Below, one piece after another: positions 13,022 through 24,868 of a DNA stretch of 64,000 nt. The DNA comes from Eledone cirrhosa. Lineage: Eukaryota. The position numbers and the translations under genes were made by a program. The DNA is taken from positions 1 to 64,000 of the forward strand of contig CAXHJY010001743.1 of the NCBI GenBank assembly GCA_964016885.1, given 5' to 3'. The notes under the pieces were generated by a model. It was not told the origin of the DNA and made no database searches. It saw only the letters and a list, made by a program, of their open reading frames with translations. Each line of letters begins with the position of its first letter. Position 1 is the first letter of the stretch.

Positions 13022-14153
13022 TATTGTTATACTTTGGGGGGGGGGGGGGTCATGTTGCCAATAAGAAACACACGCACCAGTTGCTTTCACTTCAATTTAT
13101 TATAATAAATTTATAAATTTAGGAATTTATAAATTTTCGGTTGGTTGGTTGGTTCCACAACCAGATGGTTGTTTATATATTGTCAAAGTTCTTTCGTCAC
13201 ACATTATGTGACCTCTTCAGTGACTGAAAATTCTTTTCTTTGTTTTTGTGCCTCTCCTTTGTTCTGTCCTACGCCATTTTGTTTCTGTGTGTGTGTTGTG
13301 TGCTCAGTCTGCGCATGTGCCACATCCGGGTGTCTGTGCGTATTTATATTCGTTTATTTATGTGTTTATTTACATGTTACAGGTTGGTTGTTTGTTCTAT
13401 GTGCGTGTGTGTTTTCATTTTGTCCTTAATTGTAAGTTGTGATGTTGCTGTTCCACTCATATTTTCTATTTAATTTTGGTTGTAATTCTTTTATGTTTAT
13501 TGCCTCTGTGATTTGTCTAAACATTGCGTCTTTTCTGTGTGTAGATTCTATTTTTATTTCTATGTTCTCTAATTTACCCTTATGTTCTATTTTAGCATGT
13601 TGGTAGAGTACAGATGATTCTTTACTATCTTGAAGGTCTCGCCAGTGTTCATTTATCCGTTCCCCTACACTACGAGCTGTCTCACATATGTACACTATAT
13701 TTTTGTCTCTACATTGTCCTTCAGTACATCTTATGCTATATACTACATTTCTAGTTTTACAGTTAATATGGGGGTTTAATTTACAGGTTATACATTTCTT
13801 ATCTATACAGAGGGGTCTTTGAAAAGAGTATGTCTTGCTAATAAGTGTTTTTTACGGAGGTACCTGGTCTTTCTACTATCTTAATATTGAGGAGCCAGAA
13901 CCAAATGGGAAAAAATGGGAAAAAATGGGGAAAAAATGGTAAATAATGACACAAATGGAACCTGCCCCTTGTATAGGAGCAAATTTTGGAATAGAATAGA
14001 AAGAACTAGGAATAAGGCTAATAGAATAAACTCATGGTATGATAGCAATAAATACCAGAGTGTAATGTTCATCGATACAACCCCTAGAGGTGAATTAGCT
14101 TACAAATTTAGAAGGGCCCCAGACAAACATAAACTCAATATTAAGATAGTAGA
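13022..14153 (-). mobile_element. Penelope-like element (Neptune-like) 3' part: Cys-rich linker, GIY-YIG endonuclease, HHR-bearing 3' terminal repeat; 13890-14153 is an inverted upstream segment
   Basis: Minus strand CIDKKCITCKLNPHINCKTRNVVYSIRCTEGQC...YICETARSVGERINEH...RQITEAINIKELQPKLN (ORF 13426-13695); plus-strand ORF 13915 PLYRSKFWNR..VMFIDTTPRGELA continues the same protein. Confidence 0.85.
13182..13224 (-). ncRNA. Minimal hammerhead of the Neptune-like Penelope element; homologues at 28968-29010 (-) and 30479-30521 (+)
   Basis: GTCA-CTGAAGA-GGTCAC.ATAATGT.GTGAC-GAAA-GAAC-TT-TGAC; the 28968 copy has palindromic AGATCT stem III. Confidence 0.7.
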
Positions 14154-14327
14154 ATATAAATATAGTAGAATATCTGCGGTGAATGGTTTCTGTTGGGGAG
14201 AGTATTTTTGTTGCGCTTTGAATTTTGATTTGTATTTTATTTAAGTGGGTAATTGTATTTTTGTGCTGTGTTTTGGGTTAGTTTAAGCTTGTCATGTATG
14301 TTTGGGTTGGACATATGTAAAAAAAAT

Positions 14328-14358
<31 letters not shown>

Positions 14359-14587
14359 GTGAGTGTGGCGGGGATGTATTAAGTAAGGGGAAAGGACGTA
14401 TATTATAAGTTGTTTGTCAACTATGACCACATTTCCTGATTCTCTCGAATGCGCCAGTACATGCCGCTATTGAGAAGAAAAAAAATCATAGACTGAAATA
14501 TTTCTTCCGGTTTTCGTGATATTACCATAGATTTAAGATCACGTGGTATTTTTGTGCGTGCCTTTATTGCTGCTATGATGTATTCTG

Positions 14588-14900
14588 TTACTGAGAGTCA
14601 GTAATAAGTTATAGAAGGTGGTTATGAAACTAAATGGTCTAACTTCTGTATTTTATTGAGTGAGGTCTAAATATCTATGTGTACTGAGGTCAGCAATAAG
14701 CCAAAGAAGGTGGTTATGGTCCTCACCAAAAGGTCTAACTTCTGTGCTGATTCAGGTCTAATTATCTATGTCCACTGAGAGTCAGTAATCAGCTATAGTA
14801 TGTGGTTTTGATATTAAATGGACTAACCTCTGTATTATGTATTATGTGATATTAAATGGACTAACCTCTCTATGTTTACTGAAAGTCAGTAATAAGCTGG
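14588..14900. repeat. Diverged tandem repeat, ~92-bp unit, ~3.5 copies
   Basis: ACTGAGAGTCAGTAATAAG...GTGGTT...GGTCTAACTTCTGT recurs at ~14590, 14684, 14774 and 14878. Confidence 0.75.
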
Positions 14901-15106
14901 TCCGATAAGTTATTAAATAAAGACAAGAACGAAAGAATATTTCTGAAATTGTATGTTCCAAGCAACGATAGATAGATGGAGAGATCTTATATATAAATAT
15001 ATATAGTGTCATTTCTGATTTTTGCGTTTCGTTTCGCCTTTCCTGCCCGCCGAAATGCGATTCTCGCTGAATCTTTATTTGTATATATATATATATATAT
15101 ATATAT

Positions 15107-16830
15107 AAGTGAAAGATTGAAGAATAACATGGTCAACAGTGCAAAAAGGGTTTTATTTACAGTATTAAAAATTGTTTCATTGATTAAGTTGTCTAAAAAT
15201 TGCTAGTCACTTGAAGTTGTGTCACCTAATTTTAACTACATGCATGCCTAATCAAATCATCGGAATAACTGATTAAAATTATACACGGCGTTTGTAATAT
15301 ACTAGGAAAATTCAAATCACAACATCAGTAATAAAGAAAGAAAAAAAAAAAAGAAAAAAGAAGAAAAAAAAAGAAAGAAAAAATAATAATAAATAATAAT
15401 AAATAAGTTAGAAGAATGAAGATGGTAAAAAATAAATAAAAAATATATATGTGTGAAAAAAATGAACAATATGATTGTTGAAAATAGTTGTGGGGGTGAT
15501 TACAGTTATAGTGGTGTGTAAGTATAAAGATGTGATGGTATAAATATGAAAATATTAAATATATACATATTTATTGGTTAAGTTACAGAGGGTTATGTTA
15601 GGAAGAAATTATACAGTGATAATTAAAGGATAAATTAATAAATTGGAAGTTATGTGAGAGGTGAAAAGAACATGATAGGATATAATGGAAGAGGTGAAAT
15701 AGTTTTAGGGATGGAGAGGGAAAGAAAGAAAGGCTGATGTTGATTTAGTGATTAGTTCGTCTATTGACAGTTAATAATAGGACCTTTCATCAGAGGATAT
15801 GTCCAAGTTTTTCTGTGCAAAGGTTAGTGCCTTATTTAGGGTTACTGGGGAAATAGAGGAGTAGTAGTCATTGATGTCAAATTGTATAAAGTCGGATGTT
15901 TCCTTATTGTCTATTTTGCTAAACCAATCTATTGCTTCGTTAGTGTTACCCCATAACTTAATTATTAGTTTGTCTTTAATTTGTGCTATTATTCTATCTA
16001 TTATATACTTGCTAATTCTACCTATATCCAATTTCGATGGGCATATTAATGTAATAGTAGGGTTAGTTTCGAAGCTGCATTTATGATCTTTCAGATTAAA
16101 TGTGGGTTTACAAGGAGCCAGAGGCTCGGTTCTATCAAGATATTTTCAGTTTTTTTACAATGCTAAGTCCTTCCTTATTAATTCTATTGAGTGTAGACTC
16201 TGTAATTTTCCTGTATTTGTTGTGTAATTCACGGCGTATAAAGTTATTGTATGTATTAAGGCTCATGGCGTATACATTTGATGTTTTGTCTGCTTTTACT
16301 ATAATACCGTTGGTGTTACGTAGCTTTTTTGGTAGTGAATTGATGTCATTTTGCAGTTTGTTGTGATGTGCCCGTTTTTTTTTATTTGGTTCTGTTTATC
16401 ATGTTCATGAGGTCAAGTTCGAAGGCATCATGTTGGGGGTTGATCGGTGGATTTTTGCAGGATTTGAATCCGTATTTTTCCGTAGTAAATTCCTCATTTT
16501 TATTATTAGTGTTGTCCTTTATCGTAACGAAATCATTAGTACGTTGTATCATACCGAGTGTATATTCCCTATTTGTAGGTATAGGTATGATTTTTAAGGA
16601 CATGCCTATGTGGTGTTTTTTTCATATTAGTGCTGTGCGTTAAGGATGTTGCTCAACCTAGTGGGAGCTTGGTATATGGGATAACAAATTATCGTTATAG
16701 GTAATCCAGTTAGAGATTGTGAGTACTCTGTATTGTGGATAGTTTTAACGTACAGCGTTGTTTGACTCAACAAGATGTTTCCTTAGTTAGGTGGCGAGTT
16801 CTCGGGAATTCCTATGCAGGTTAATCTTGG
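15107..16830 (-). mobile_element. Internally deleted, degenerate Penelope-like element (N-terminal RT part joined to 3' terminal region)
   Basis: ORF pieces MSLKIIPIP..EKYGFKS..FELDLMNMI, VKADKTSNVY, LKDHK, IGRISKYII..WF..FIQFDINDYYSSIS; degenerate HHR at 15160-15271 (CAGTTATT-CCGATGA-TTTGATTAGG..CTTAATCAAT-GAAA-CAATTTTT-AATACTG); ends at (TA)n. Confidence 0.75.
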
Positions 16831-16837
16831 AGTAATA

Positions 16838-16928
16838 ATAGTGAAAGTGTGAAAAATAACATGGTCAACAGTACAATGTATCCATACATCGATCTGTCCA
16901 CCCCCTCTCTCTCTCTCTCTGTATATAT

Positions 16929-16969
<41 letters not shown>

Positions 16970-17034
16970 AGATGGACCGATCGATGTATGGATACATTGT
17001 ACTGTTGACCATGTTATTTTTCACTCTTTCACTA
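16838..17034. repeat. Inverted repeat (~65-bp arms around (CT)n/(AG)n) related to the 3' end of the adjacent Penelope-like element
   Basis: GTGAAAGTGTGAAAAATAACATGGTCAACAGT matches 15108-15140 and occurs in both orientations. Confidence 0.8.
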
Positions 17035-17643
17035 TGTCAGGTCACCAATTGGTGCAACTGGTAACATGTATCCCAGTACAACATGTCTCATGGTCGGGTC
17101 GTTGGCGACTAATCTGGCAACCCCACCAAGGTTTCTTGGTGAGGAGGGGGACTTTGGACATCCTGCAGGACTAAAAACAAAACCTGTCAAAGGGCAAAGG
17201 AGCTCTTAAGAGTCAATGGTCATCCAAAATCACCGGGAGAGATGACCCCTTAGCCTTTGTCAAGGCAGAATTCTAGGAGAAGGATAACTTTGATATAACA
17301 CCTGCAACCCTGATGGTATCCAATGATGTTGACATCTTCTTCTTTTTGGTAAATATCATCTTGGTTAAGAGAGTGGGACTGGCTTTGTGCAGTGCCTTTG
17401 CTCACTATAAAAGCTTCACGGCACAGGCATTGCTTTATATCTGGAGATCTCTCTGCACTTGTCGTCACATGATACCATGGGCCCAGCACTATGTGTCAAT
17501 AATTGTCACAAGTGTAGTGTTTGTACCAGAGTGTTCAAGTCGCTGGCTGGACTAAAAAGTTACACTCGTTCAGCGCATCGGTAGGAGTTCTCCTACATGG
17601 ATATAAAGTAGTGGCCGTACTCGAAAACGAGTTGGCAGCAACT
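17035..17643 (+). mobile_element. Family Y1: bipartite non-autonomous RTE derivative (RTE 5' UTR plus last zinc finger and 3' UTR)
   Basis: Near-identical to 57386-57998 (-); GGAGAAGG..AACT motif; 17507-17584 encodes HKCSVCTRVFKSLAGLKSYTRSAHR*, similar to the RTE C-terminus CRLCARHFRSLAGLKSHIRSQHC*. Confidence 0.8.
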
Positions 17644-17659
17644 ATATATATATATATAT

Positions 17660-18918
17660 AGTAATAATGAATGCGAAGACTTTGATTCTCACACGCTTCA
17701 TCGCCCTTGCTCAAAGGCTGCTCTTCAACTATGGCATTTGGTCGCTGTTGAACTCTGTTTCTCATATTCTCTAGATAAAATTCTCTTTCCTCTGGATTCA
17801 TATAATTTCTTCTCTCGTGATCTCTGTTTCTCCTATTCTGTAGATAAGTTTGTCTCTCTTCTGGATTCATGTAATTTCTTCGCTCTTGAACTCTGTGTCT
17901 ATTTTTCTGTAGATAAGCCTATCTCACCTCTGGATTCATGTTAATTCTTCTATCATGATCTACGTTTCTTCTATTCTGTAGATAAGCCTCTCTCTTTCTG
18001 GATTCATGATATTTCTTCTGTCATGATTTCCACTTCTTCTATTCTGTAGATGAACTTCTCTTCCTCTTTGCTCATATCATTCCTCCTTTCTTTTTTCTCG
18101 ATTACAGATTGCTTGCGGCTCTTCTGCTTGTAACCGTTGTCGTTGGCTTCTTTGTCGCTCTCTCGCTGCCTCTCTTTGTTGACTTATTCTATCTTGCATT
18201 TTTAAGAATGGTGGTTAGAGATGATTTTTGTCATAAATAAAAAACTTGTAACAATAAAAAAAAAACTAACTGAGGGTAAAGCATTACCTATTTGGTGGAG
18301 GTAAAAATAGAGTGTATTATCAATTTTCAACTTACCTATAAATGACTATGTAATTACTGAAAGCGTGACACACGCGGTCAGACGTACGGTACGTAGGTAC
18401 AGGCGTATTAATATATAAATATATAATTATATGTATACATACACCCATATTTACATGTGTATTTGGTGTATACGTTCGTATGTGTGCGGGTATATGTGTT
18501 GCGCCGGTTTAAGTACGTGTGCGCGTGTTTATGGGCTCGTGCATGTATATGCATGCATGGCGTATGTTTTCGCGTATGCATGTGAATTAACGTAAATATT
18601 TACATTATTCTTAACTCCGAAGCCGAGAATCATTCGGTTTCCTAAATAGAATATTAGTCTACGACTCCATTTATACCATAAACGTGGTTTTGTCTTTGCG
18701 AGTATTTGTTCTCAGCGGTCCACATAACGACGTATTATCTTCGCTTTTTTCCGTTTATTGCCAGGGAACGTCTTCAAGAACCAAAATCTTCCTGTTGCAA
18801 CGTTTTTCGAAATATTTACTTCTGCGTTCACAGATTGATTTTTATAGTTTCAGAAGATCCCGTTAAGGGTGAAAGCAGCGATTCTTTGCTTAAACTTTAA
18901 TCTGTTAATTTAATAAAT

Positions 18919-18920
<2 letters not shown>
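17660..18920 (-). mobile_element. Probable Helitron 5' region with the start of a degenerate ORF containing 69-bp (23-aa) repeats
   Basis: ATG at ~18199 MQDRISQQREAARERQR..., repeats MNPEERQTYLQNRRNRDHERRNY (CTGGATTCAT at ~17792, 17862, 17930, 17998); 5' ~150 bp shared with 19286-19600, which has a Helitron-type 3' end. Confidence 0.55.
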
Positions 18921-19006
<86 letters not shown>

Positions 19007-19087
19007 TATATATATATCTAAGGACAGACACTGGTCTGTTGGAGACGCAGAACATGGCAGCGATATATATATATATGTATGTGTGTA

Positions 19088-19156
<69 letters not shown>

Positions 19157-19285
19157 TCCGAAGAGATTGTTTTGGTAAAAACAGGAGCAAGCAGGAAAAA
19201 GCTCTTAAAATTTGTAGTTTGATGGCGATTCAGTATAATAATAACATTAATAAAGATGCTAATGTTACATAAATCGTTTATTCAT

Positions 19286-19600
19286 TACTAGCAGTGTATC
19301 CCGGCGTTGGATGGGTAAGAACATTGGTAAGAGCACCTCCAATGAGAAACGTTTATTTGTGAGGGCCAGTTAAAAACTCACGAACTGGACATGCTCACCG
19401 ACATCCAGAGTTGATAATTTGGTTGTGAAGGGAACATTTCCACGAACCAAAATATCGTCTTCCTGTCTTCCTTCGGTTGCAACGTTTTTTGAAATATTTA
19501 CTTCTGCGTTCACAGATTGACTTTTTAGTTTCAGAAGATCCCGTTAAAGGTGAAAGCAGCGATTCTTTGCTTAAACTTTAATCTGTTATTTTAATAAATA
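19286..19600 (-). mobile_element. Short non-autonomous Helitron-like element; further 5' scraps at ~20280-20298 and 23823-23885
   Basis: Minus-strand end CCCATCCAACGCCGGGATACACTGCTAG|T resembles a decayed GC hairpin plus CTAG; 19445-19600 duplicates 18778-18917. Confidence 0.55.
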
Positions 19601-19642
19601 TATATATATATATATGTTTGTGTGTGTGGGTGTGTGTATGTG

Positions 19643-19697
<55 letters not shown>

Positions 19698-19969
19698 GCG
19701 TGTGTGTGCGTGTGTGTGTGTGTGTGTGAGAATGTGGCGAAGATAATACGTCAGCAATGACGTGGTGGTCATAATGTCGTTATGCGGACAGCCAGGCATA
19801 CAGACAGATATTATAAGGGCACGACGGAGATCGATAACCGGCGCCTAACAACAGAAAATTGAAAAATAAAAGCTGCAGTTAATAACCTTAGACCGCAAGG
19901 AATATATAAATCCAAGATTGAAGTCAATCGGAGTAGAAATGTGGATTTGTATAGACTTTGCAAAAATGA

Positions 19970-20088
<119 letters not shown>

Positions 20089-20097
20089 ACACACACA

Positions 20098-20147
<50 letters not shown>

Positions 20148-20239
20148 ACACACACATATAGCTCGATAGAGTTGATATATAGATTAGATAGATAAATAGA
20201 TAGATAAATACATACATATATACGTACGCACGTACGTAC

Positions 20240-20276
<37 letters not shown>

Positions 20277-20304
20277 AAGAACAGATTAAAGTTTAATATA
20301 TATA

Positions 20305-20385
<81 letters not shown>

Positions 20386-20400
20386 ATAGATATACATATA

Positions 20401-20934
20401 TGTCGGGTCACTCTTGATAATACTGGTAACATGTAACCCAATCCAACCCGTCGCATGGTCGTGTCGTCGGCAACTAAACCGGCAGCCCCACCAAGTTTAC
20501 TTGGTAAGGAGGGTAATTTTGGACACCTTGCAGGACTAAAACAAAACCTGACAAAGGGCGGAAGAACTCATAAGAGTCAACGGCCATCCGAATGTATGTA
20601 AATATGTGTATACACATGTACCGCGCGATTAAACCAGTGGGAGTGAAGGTCCCCTAGCGTTTGTCCGGGCATTCTTGTAGGAGAAGGCAACTCAGGAAAC
20701 TGGGATAACTCCGATATAAAACCTGCGGCTCAGTAGTTACTGATGATGTTCATCTTTTCTTCTTTTGGGGTTATAGCTACTGTCGCTCAGAGAGTGGGAT
20801 TGGCTCAGTGCACATTCTTTCCTCACTTTAAAAAATATCTTCATGCACAGGCATTGCACGATAGAATTAATTAATAATCATGAATAATGGTATATCGTGC
20901 AATGGCCATACTCGATAACGAGGGGGCAGCCATC
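20401..20934 (+). mobile_element. Family Y2: bipartite non-autonomous RTE derivative
   Basis: 5' ~190 bp homologous to Y1; AAAACCTGCGG..CTCAGAGAGTGG..CACT segment homologous to the RTE 5' UTR at 43520-43645; 3' tail TATCGTGCAATGGCCATACTCGATAACGAGGGGGCAGCCATC. Confidence 0.8.
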
Positions 20935-21224
20935 AGATATACATATATAAACATATATACATACATAGATACATAATTATTTATACAAATATAAACTGAA
21001 TTTCTTTATCTCGTGCCAAAAGTTTACACCATTGCGATTTTTGTGTGCGAAGAGCACAGTGGCGTGAAACTCTCGTCGCGAGGTAACGTATTTTAGTGTA
21101 TGTAAATATATCGACATTGTGCAGCACATTGTATTCAGCACTCTGTGCCTTTCCTTGACAAACTACATTATTTAAATATACTTCACTTACACACACAAAA
21201 GCACATCAGGTACATACATACATT

Positions 21225-21272
<48 letters not shown>

Positions 21273-21309
21273 CACATACACACACACACATATATATATT
21301 TATATATAC

Positions 21310-21343
<34 letters not shown>

Positions 21344-21346
21344 AAA

Positions 21347-21393
<47 letters not shown>

Positions 21394-21537
21394 ATATACT
21401 TATCTAATCCTCTCCTACACTCCTCTTTCTCTTTCTTGACAACTCGCCCTATCATACCAATATACATGTTCTCCTATCTCTCTCACTCACAAACCTTCTC
21501 TCCTCCCTGTGTCACACTCATTTTCTTACTCTCTCTC

Positions 21538-21573
<36 letters not shown>

Positions 21574-22599
21574 CGTCTATTCTCCTCCTATACCCCATCC
21601 CCCCACACCTTCATTTTACATTGCAACAGGTCAATGAGACAACAAGTGGGATGAGTCGTCCACCAAAATGTTGTGATATTTCGGCTTATGTGTACAGGGC
21701 TGGAGGTCACACGTGACTCACGTACACATACTGGGCTGAGCCGGTTGACACTGAACCGGATGTAACGCCGCCGCTCCCTTCTTTCCTTTCTAAAACCGGA
21801 TGTATGACAACGCAGCTTGCCTTATTCGCTCCTCTTTTCTTTATCTATTTTGTTGCTGTCACTGCTGCTGTTGCTGATGATGGTGGTGATGGTTGTGGTG
21901 GTGGTGGTGGTGGTGGTGGTGGTGGTGGTGGTGGTGGTGCTTTTGGTGGTAGTGGTGGTTTTGGTCGTAGTGGTGATGGTGGTTTTGTTGGTGGTGGTTT
22001 TGGTGGTAGTGGTGGTGGGATGGTGGAGGTTTTGGTGGTGGTTCTGGTGGTGGTGTTGGTGATGGTGGTTGTGGTGGTGGTTGTGGTGGTGGTTGTGGTA
22101 GTGATGGTGGTGGTGGTGGTCTTGTTGGAGGTGGTTGCGGTAGTGGTGGTTCTGGTGGTGGTAGTGGTGGTTCTGGTGTTGGTGTTGGAGGTAGTGGCGG
22201 TGGTGGTGGTGGTGGTGGTGGTGTTAGTGGTGGTGTCGGTGGTAATGATGAGGGAGGAGGCTTACCTTTTCACTTTCCTTTCCTACATTTTTTTCCTTCT
22301 CTCCCCAAATAAGCAAACAGAATGTGAGGTCTTCAGTTAACTTTGGTGTAGTCACCACGATATATTGATACCGGAAGTGAATTCCTTGCACATATATCTA
22401 ACATGGAACTCCACTGGAGGACATTTACTATTTTATTTCGCTCTTTCTGTATTTCTTTCTTTCTATCTTTTTTCCTTGTGCATTTCTTATTTTTATTTCT
22501 TATTGTTATTGTTGTTAAGTTGTGTTTGTGTTTGAAAATATTTTTTATACGCATTTTAGTCTACACTTATTTTACATTATTTATTTATTTATTTATTTA

Positions 22600-22858
22600 T
22601 TAGAGAGAGCACTTGCCCTAGCGGTCAGATATTGTGGCTTTTTGTGGGCTTTCTCCACGAGTGACCCTCGGAAGTTTCCCACTCTTGGCGAATTTGTTAC
22701 GTTTGATTTTTTTTCTTAATGTTTATTATTTTTTGTGTTAAATTATAAACATTTTTTTCCTCAAAAGACGCACACTGTACCGCCCGTGCCGTCTTTATTG
22801 TTTTCTTAACGTGAGCCCTGTGTGGCTAATAAAGACACCCGTTTTATTAATATTATTA
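22600..22858 (+). mobile_element. 3' UTR fragment of the Tx1/L1-like family
   Basis: Colinear similarity to 7410-7690 (CTTGCCCT..GGTCAG, CCACGAGT.ACCCTC, GTACCGCCC, GCCGTCT, AATAAAGACA). Confidence 0.75.
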
Positions 22859-22861
22859 CAA

Positions 22862-23074
22862 GGGCGGTAGATTGACAGTATCAGTAGAGTGTCGGACAAC
22901 ATGCTTTGTGGCATATAGTTATGACCTTTTACGTTCTGAGTTGGAATGGCTCTTCCAGTGCATCAGGAGATCAGGTTAGCTTTACCTTTCATCCTTACAG
23001 TGTCGATAAAATAAAATACCAGTAATACACTGGTGTCTATTTAATCGTTAGCCTTTTGCCTAAATCAGAAACCA
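22862..23074 (+). mobile_element. Meta-like tRNA SINE
   Basis: CAGTATCAGTAGAG head, CCTTTCATCCTTACAGTGTCGATAAAAT core. Confidence 0.75.
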
Positions 23075-23604
23075 TTTGTGTAAATTTGGCAGGAATAATA
23101 TCACAAAAGTTTATAAAAGTTTATAAAATTAATAGGTTAATAAGATCTATGCACCTGCTCTTATTAACATGATAAACCTTTGTAATGCTTATGATATATG
23201 TTTATTTACTAATTATGTCTTGCACTATACTTAACTTATTCATAGCAGCATGTTTCTCTATACCAGCATGTTTTTAAATTTTTTATGATTTTAGCTACTC
23301 CTAATTTCATTTTTTGAATTTATATGCTCATATTTCTCATATGCTTCTACCTTTGCTATCTTCCCTTATATGAATGTTAATATTCATGCTTACTTCCCAT
23401 ATTATGTATCCTCAAAATGTTCTTTAACAAGCATATTTGTGTTTTAACCGTTACTCCGATGAAAATGGCCATGTGATTGGATGAAACGATCGTAAACACT
23501 CTTTGTTGTTTATAAAGCATTTCGGCTCTGTAATATACTTGTTATTTTACATTGAGCTATTCTCATACTTGTAATTGGATAATGTTTAATATTACCCACA
23601 TTTT

Positions 23605-23653
<49 letters not shown>

Positions 23654-23676
23654 GATAGATAGATATATATATATAT

Positions 23677-23788
23677 ATAGGAACAAGTAAGACCCCTTAC
23701 TTGTTCCTATTACCCACTCTACTACCCTAAGTATTGAGTACTTTGGTGCGTTATGGTCCACCTGATTCCTTACCACATTTCCTTCGTT
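23677..23788 (+). mobile_element. Family Z copy with a short 5' inverted arm
   Basis: Nearly identical to 55286-55378; flanked by (TA)n on both sides. Confidence 0.8.
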
Positions 23789-23884
23789 ATATATATATAT
23801 ATATATAGTAATAATAATAAATGTGAAGATCCCGTTAAGGGTGAAAGCAGCGATTGTTTGCTTAAACTTTAATCTGTTATTTCA

Positions 23885-24023
<139 letters not shown>

Positions 24024-24034
24024 GAGGCAATTCC

Positions 24035-24350
24035 TTACACTTCTTTTTTGGTTTATGTGGAGGTCGTTTTCCTTTCACTAACTCTCGATAAAAGAGTTGT
24101 TTTGGTATTCTAGAATCCTTCATCCTGGCAAGGTGACCACTCCATCGGAGTCTTTGCTTAAGCACACGAGCTTAAGCATACTGTGACAGTATGCTTAAGC
24201 ATACTGTCACACATAGAGCTTTCCAAAATCTCGACATCGCTGACGCGGTCCCTCCAGTGAACGCCATGGATCCGTCTGAGACACATCTGATGGAAACGCT
24301 CCGATTGTTTAAGTGGTGTCCAGATATGACCCAGGTCTCACAGGCATAAA
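24035..24350 (-). mobile_element. Internal fragment of the RTE family at 50995-52824
   Basis: LKQRLRWSGHLARMKDSRIPKQLFY matches the 631-aa ORF; YACETWV. Confidence 0.9.
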
Positions 24351-24796
24351 AAAGATATATACATACATTTATCCATCCATACACACATACACACATACAT
24401 ACATACATACATACATACATACATACATACATACATACATACATGCATACATACATACATTTATCCATCCATACACACATACATACATACATACATACAT
24501 ACATACATACATACATACATACATACATACATACATACATACATACATACATTTATCCATCCATACACACATACATACATACATACATACATACATACAT
24601 ACATACATAAATACATACATACACACATACATACATACATACATACATACATACATACATAAATACATACATACACACATACATACATACATACATACAT
24701 ACATACATACATACATACATACATACATACATACATACATACATACATACATACAAAATTTCGCTTTGTTAATAGTTGCTATTTTCGTTTAAGGCA

Positions 24797-24868
<72 letters not shown>

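Noticed and set aside
20401-20490. HDV-like ribozyme at the 5' end of Y elements (GG, GTCG-TCGG-CGAC hairpin, CTAA, possible CCAGT/ACTGG pairing)
   Set aside because: Plausible for RTE 5' UTRs, but P1 and the P3/L3 loop could not be fitted by eye; needs a descriptor search
21804-22340. ORF resembling a signal peptide plus glycine-rich secreted protein
   Set aside because: Built from degenerate (GGT)n/(GTG)n triplet repeat that shifts into poly-Val; no independent coding evidence
23457-23500. Hammerhead-like CCGATGA..GAAACGATCGTA; similar weak hits at ~26360 and ~61396
   Set aside because: Stem I or stem II pairing not convincing
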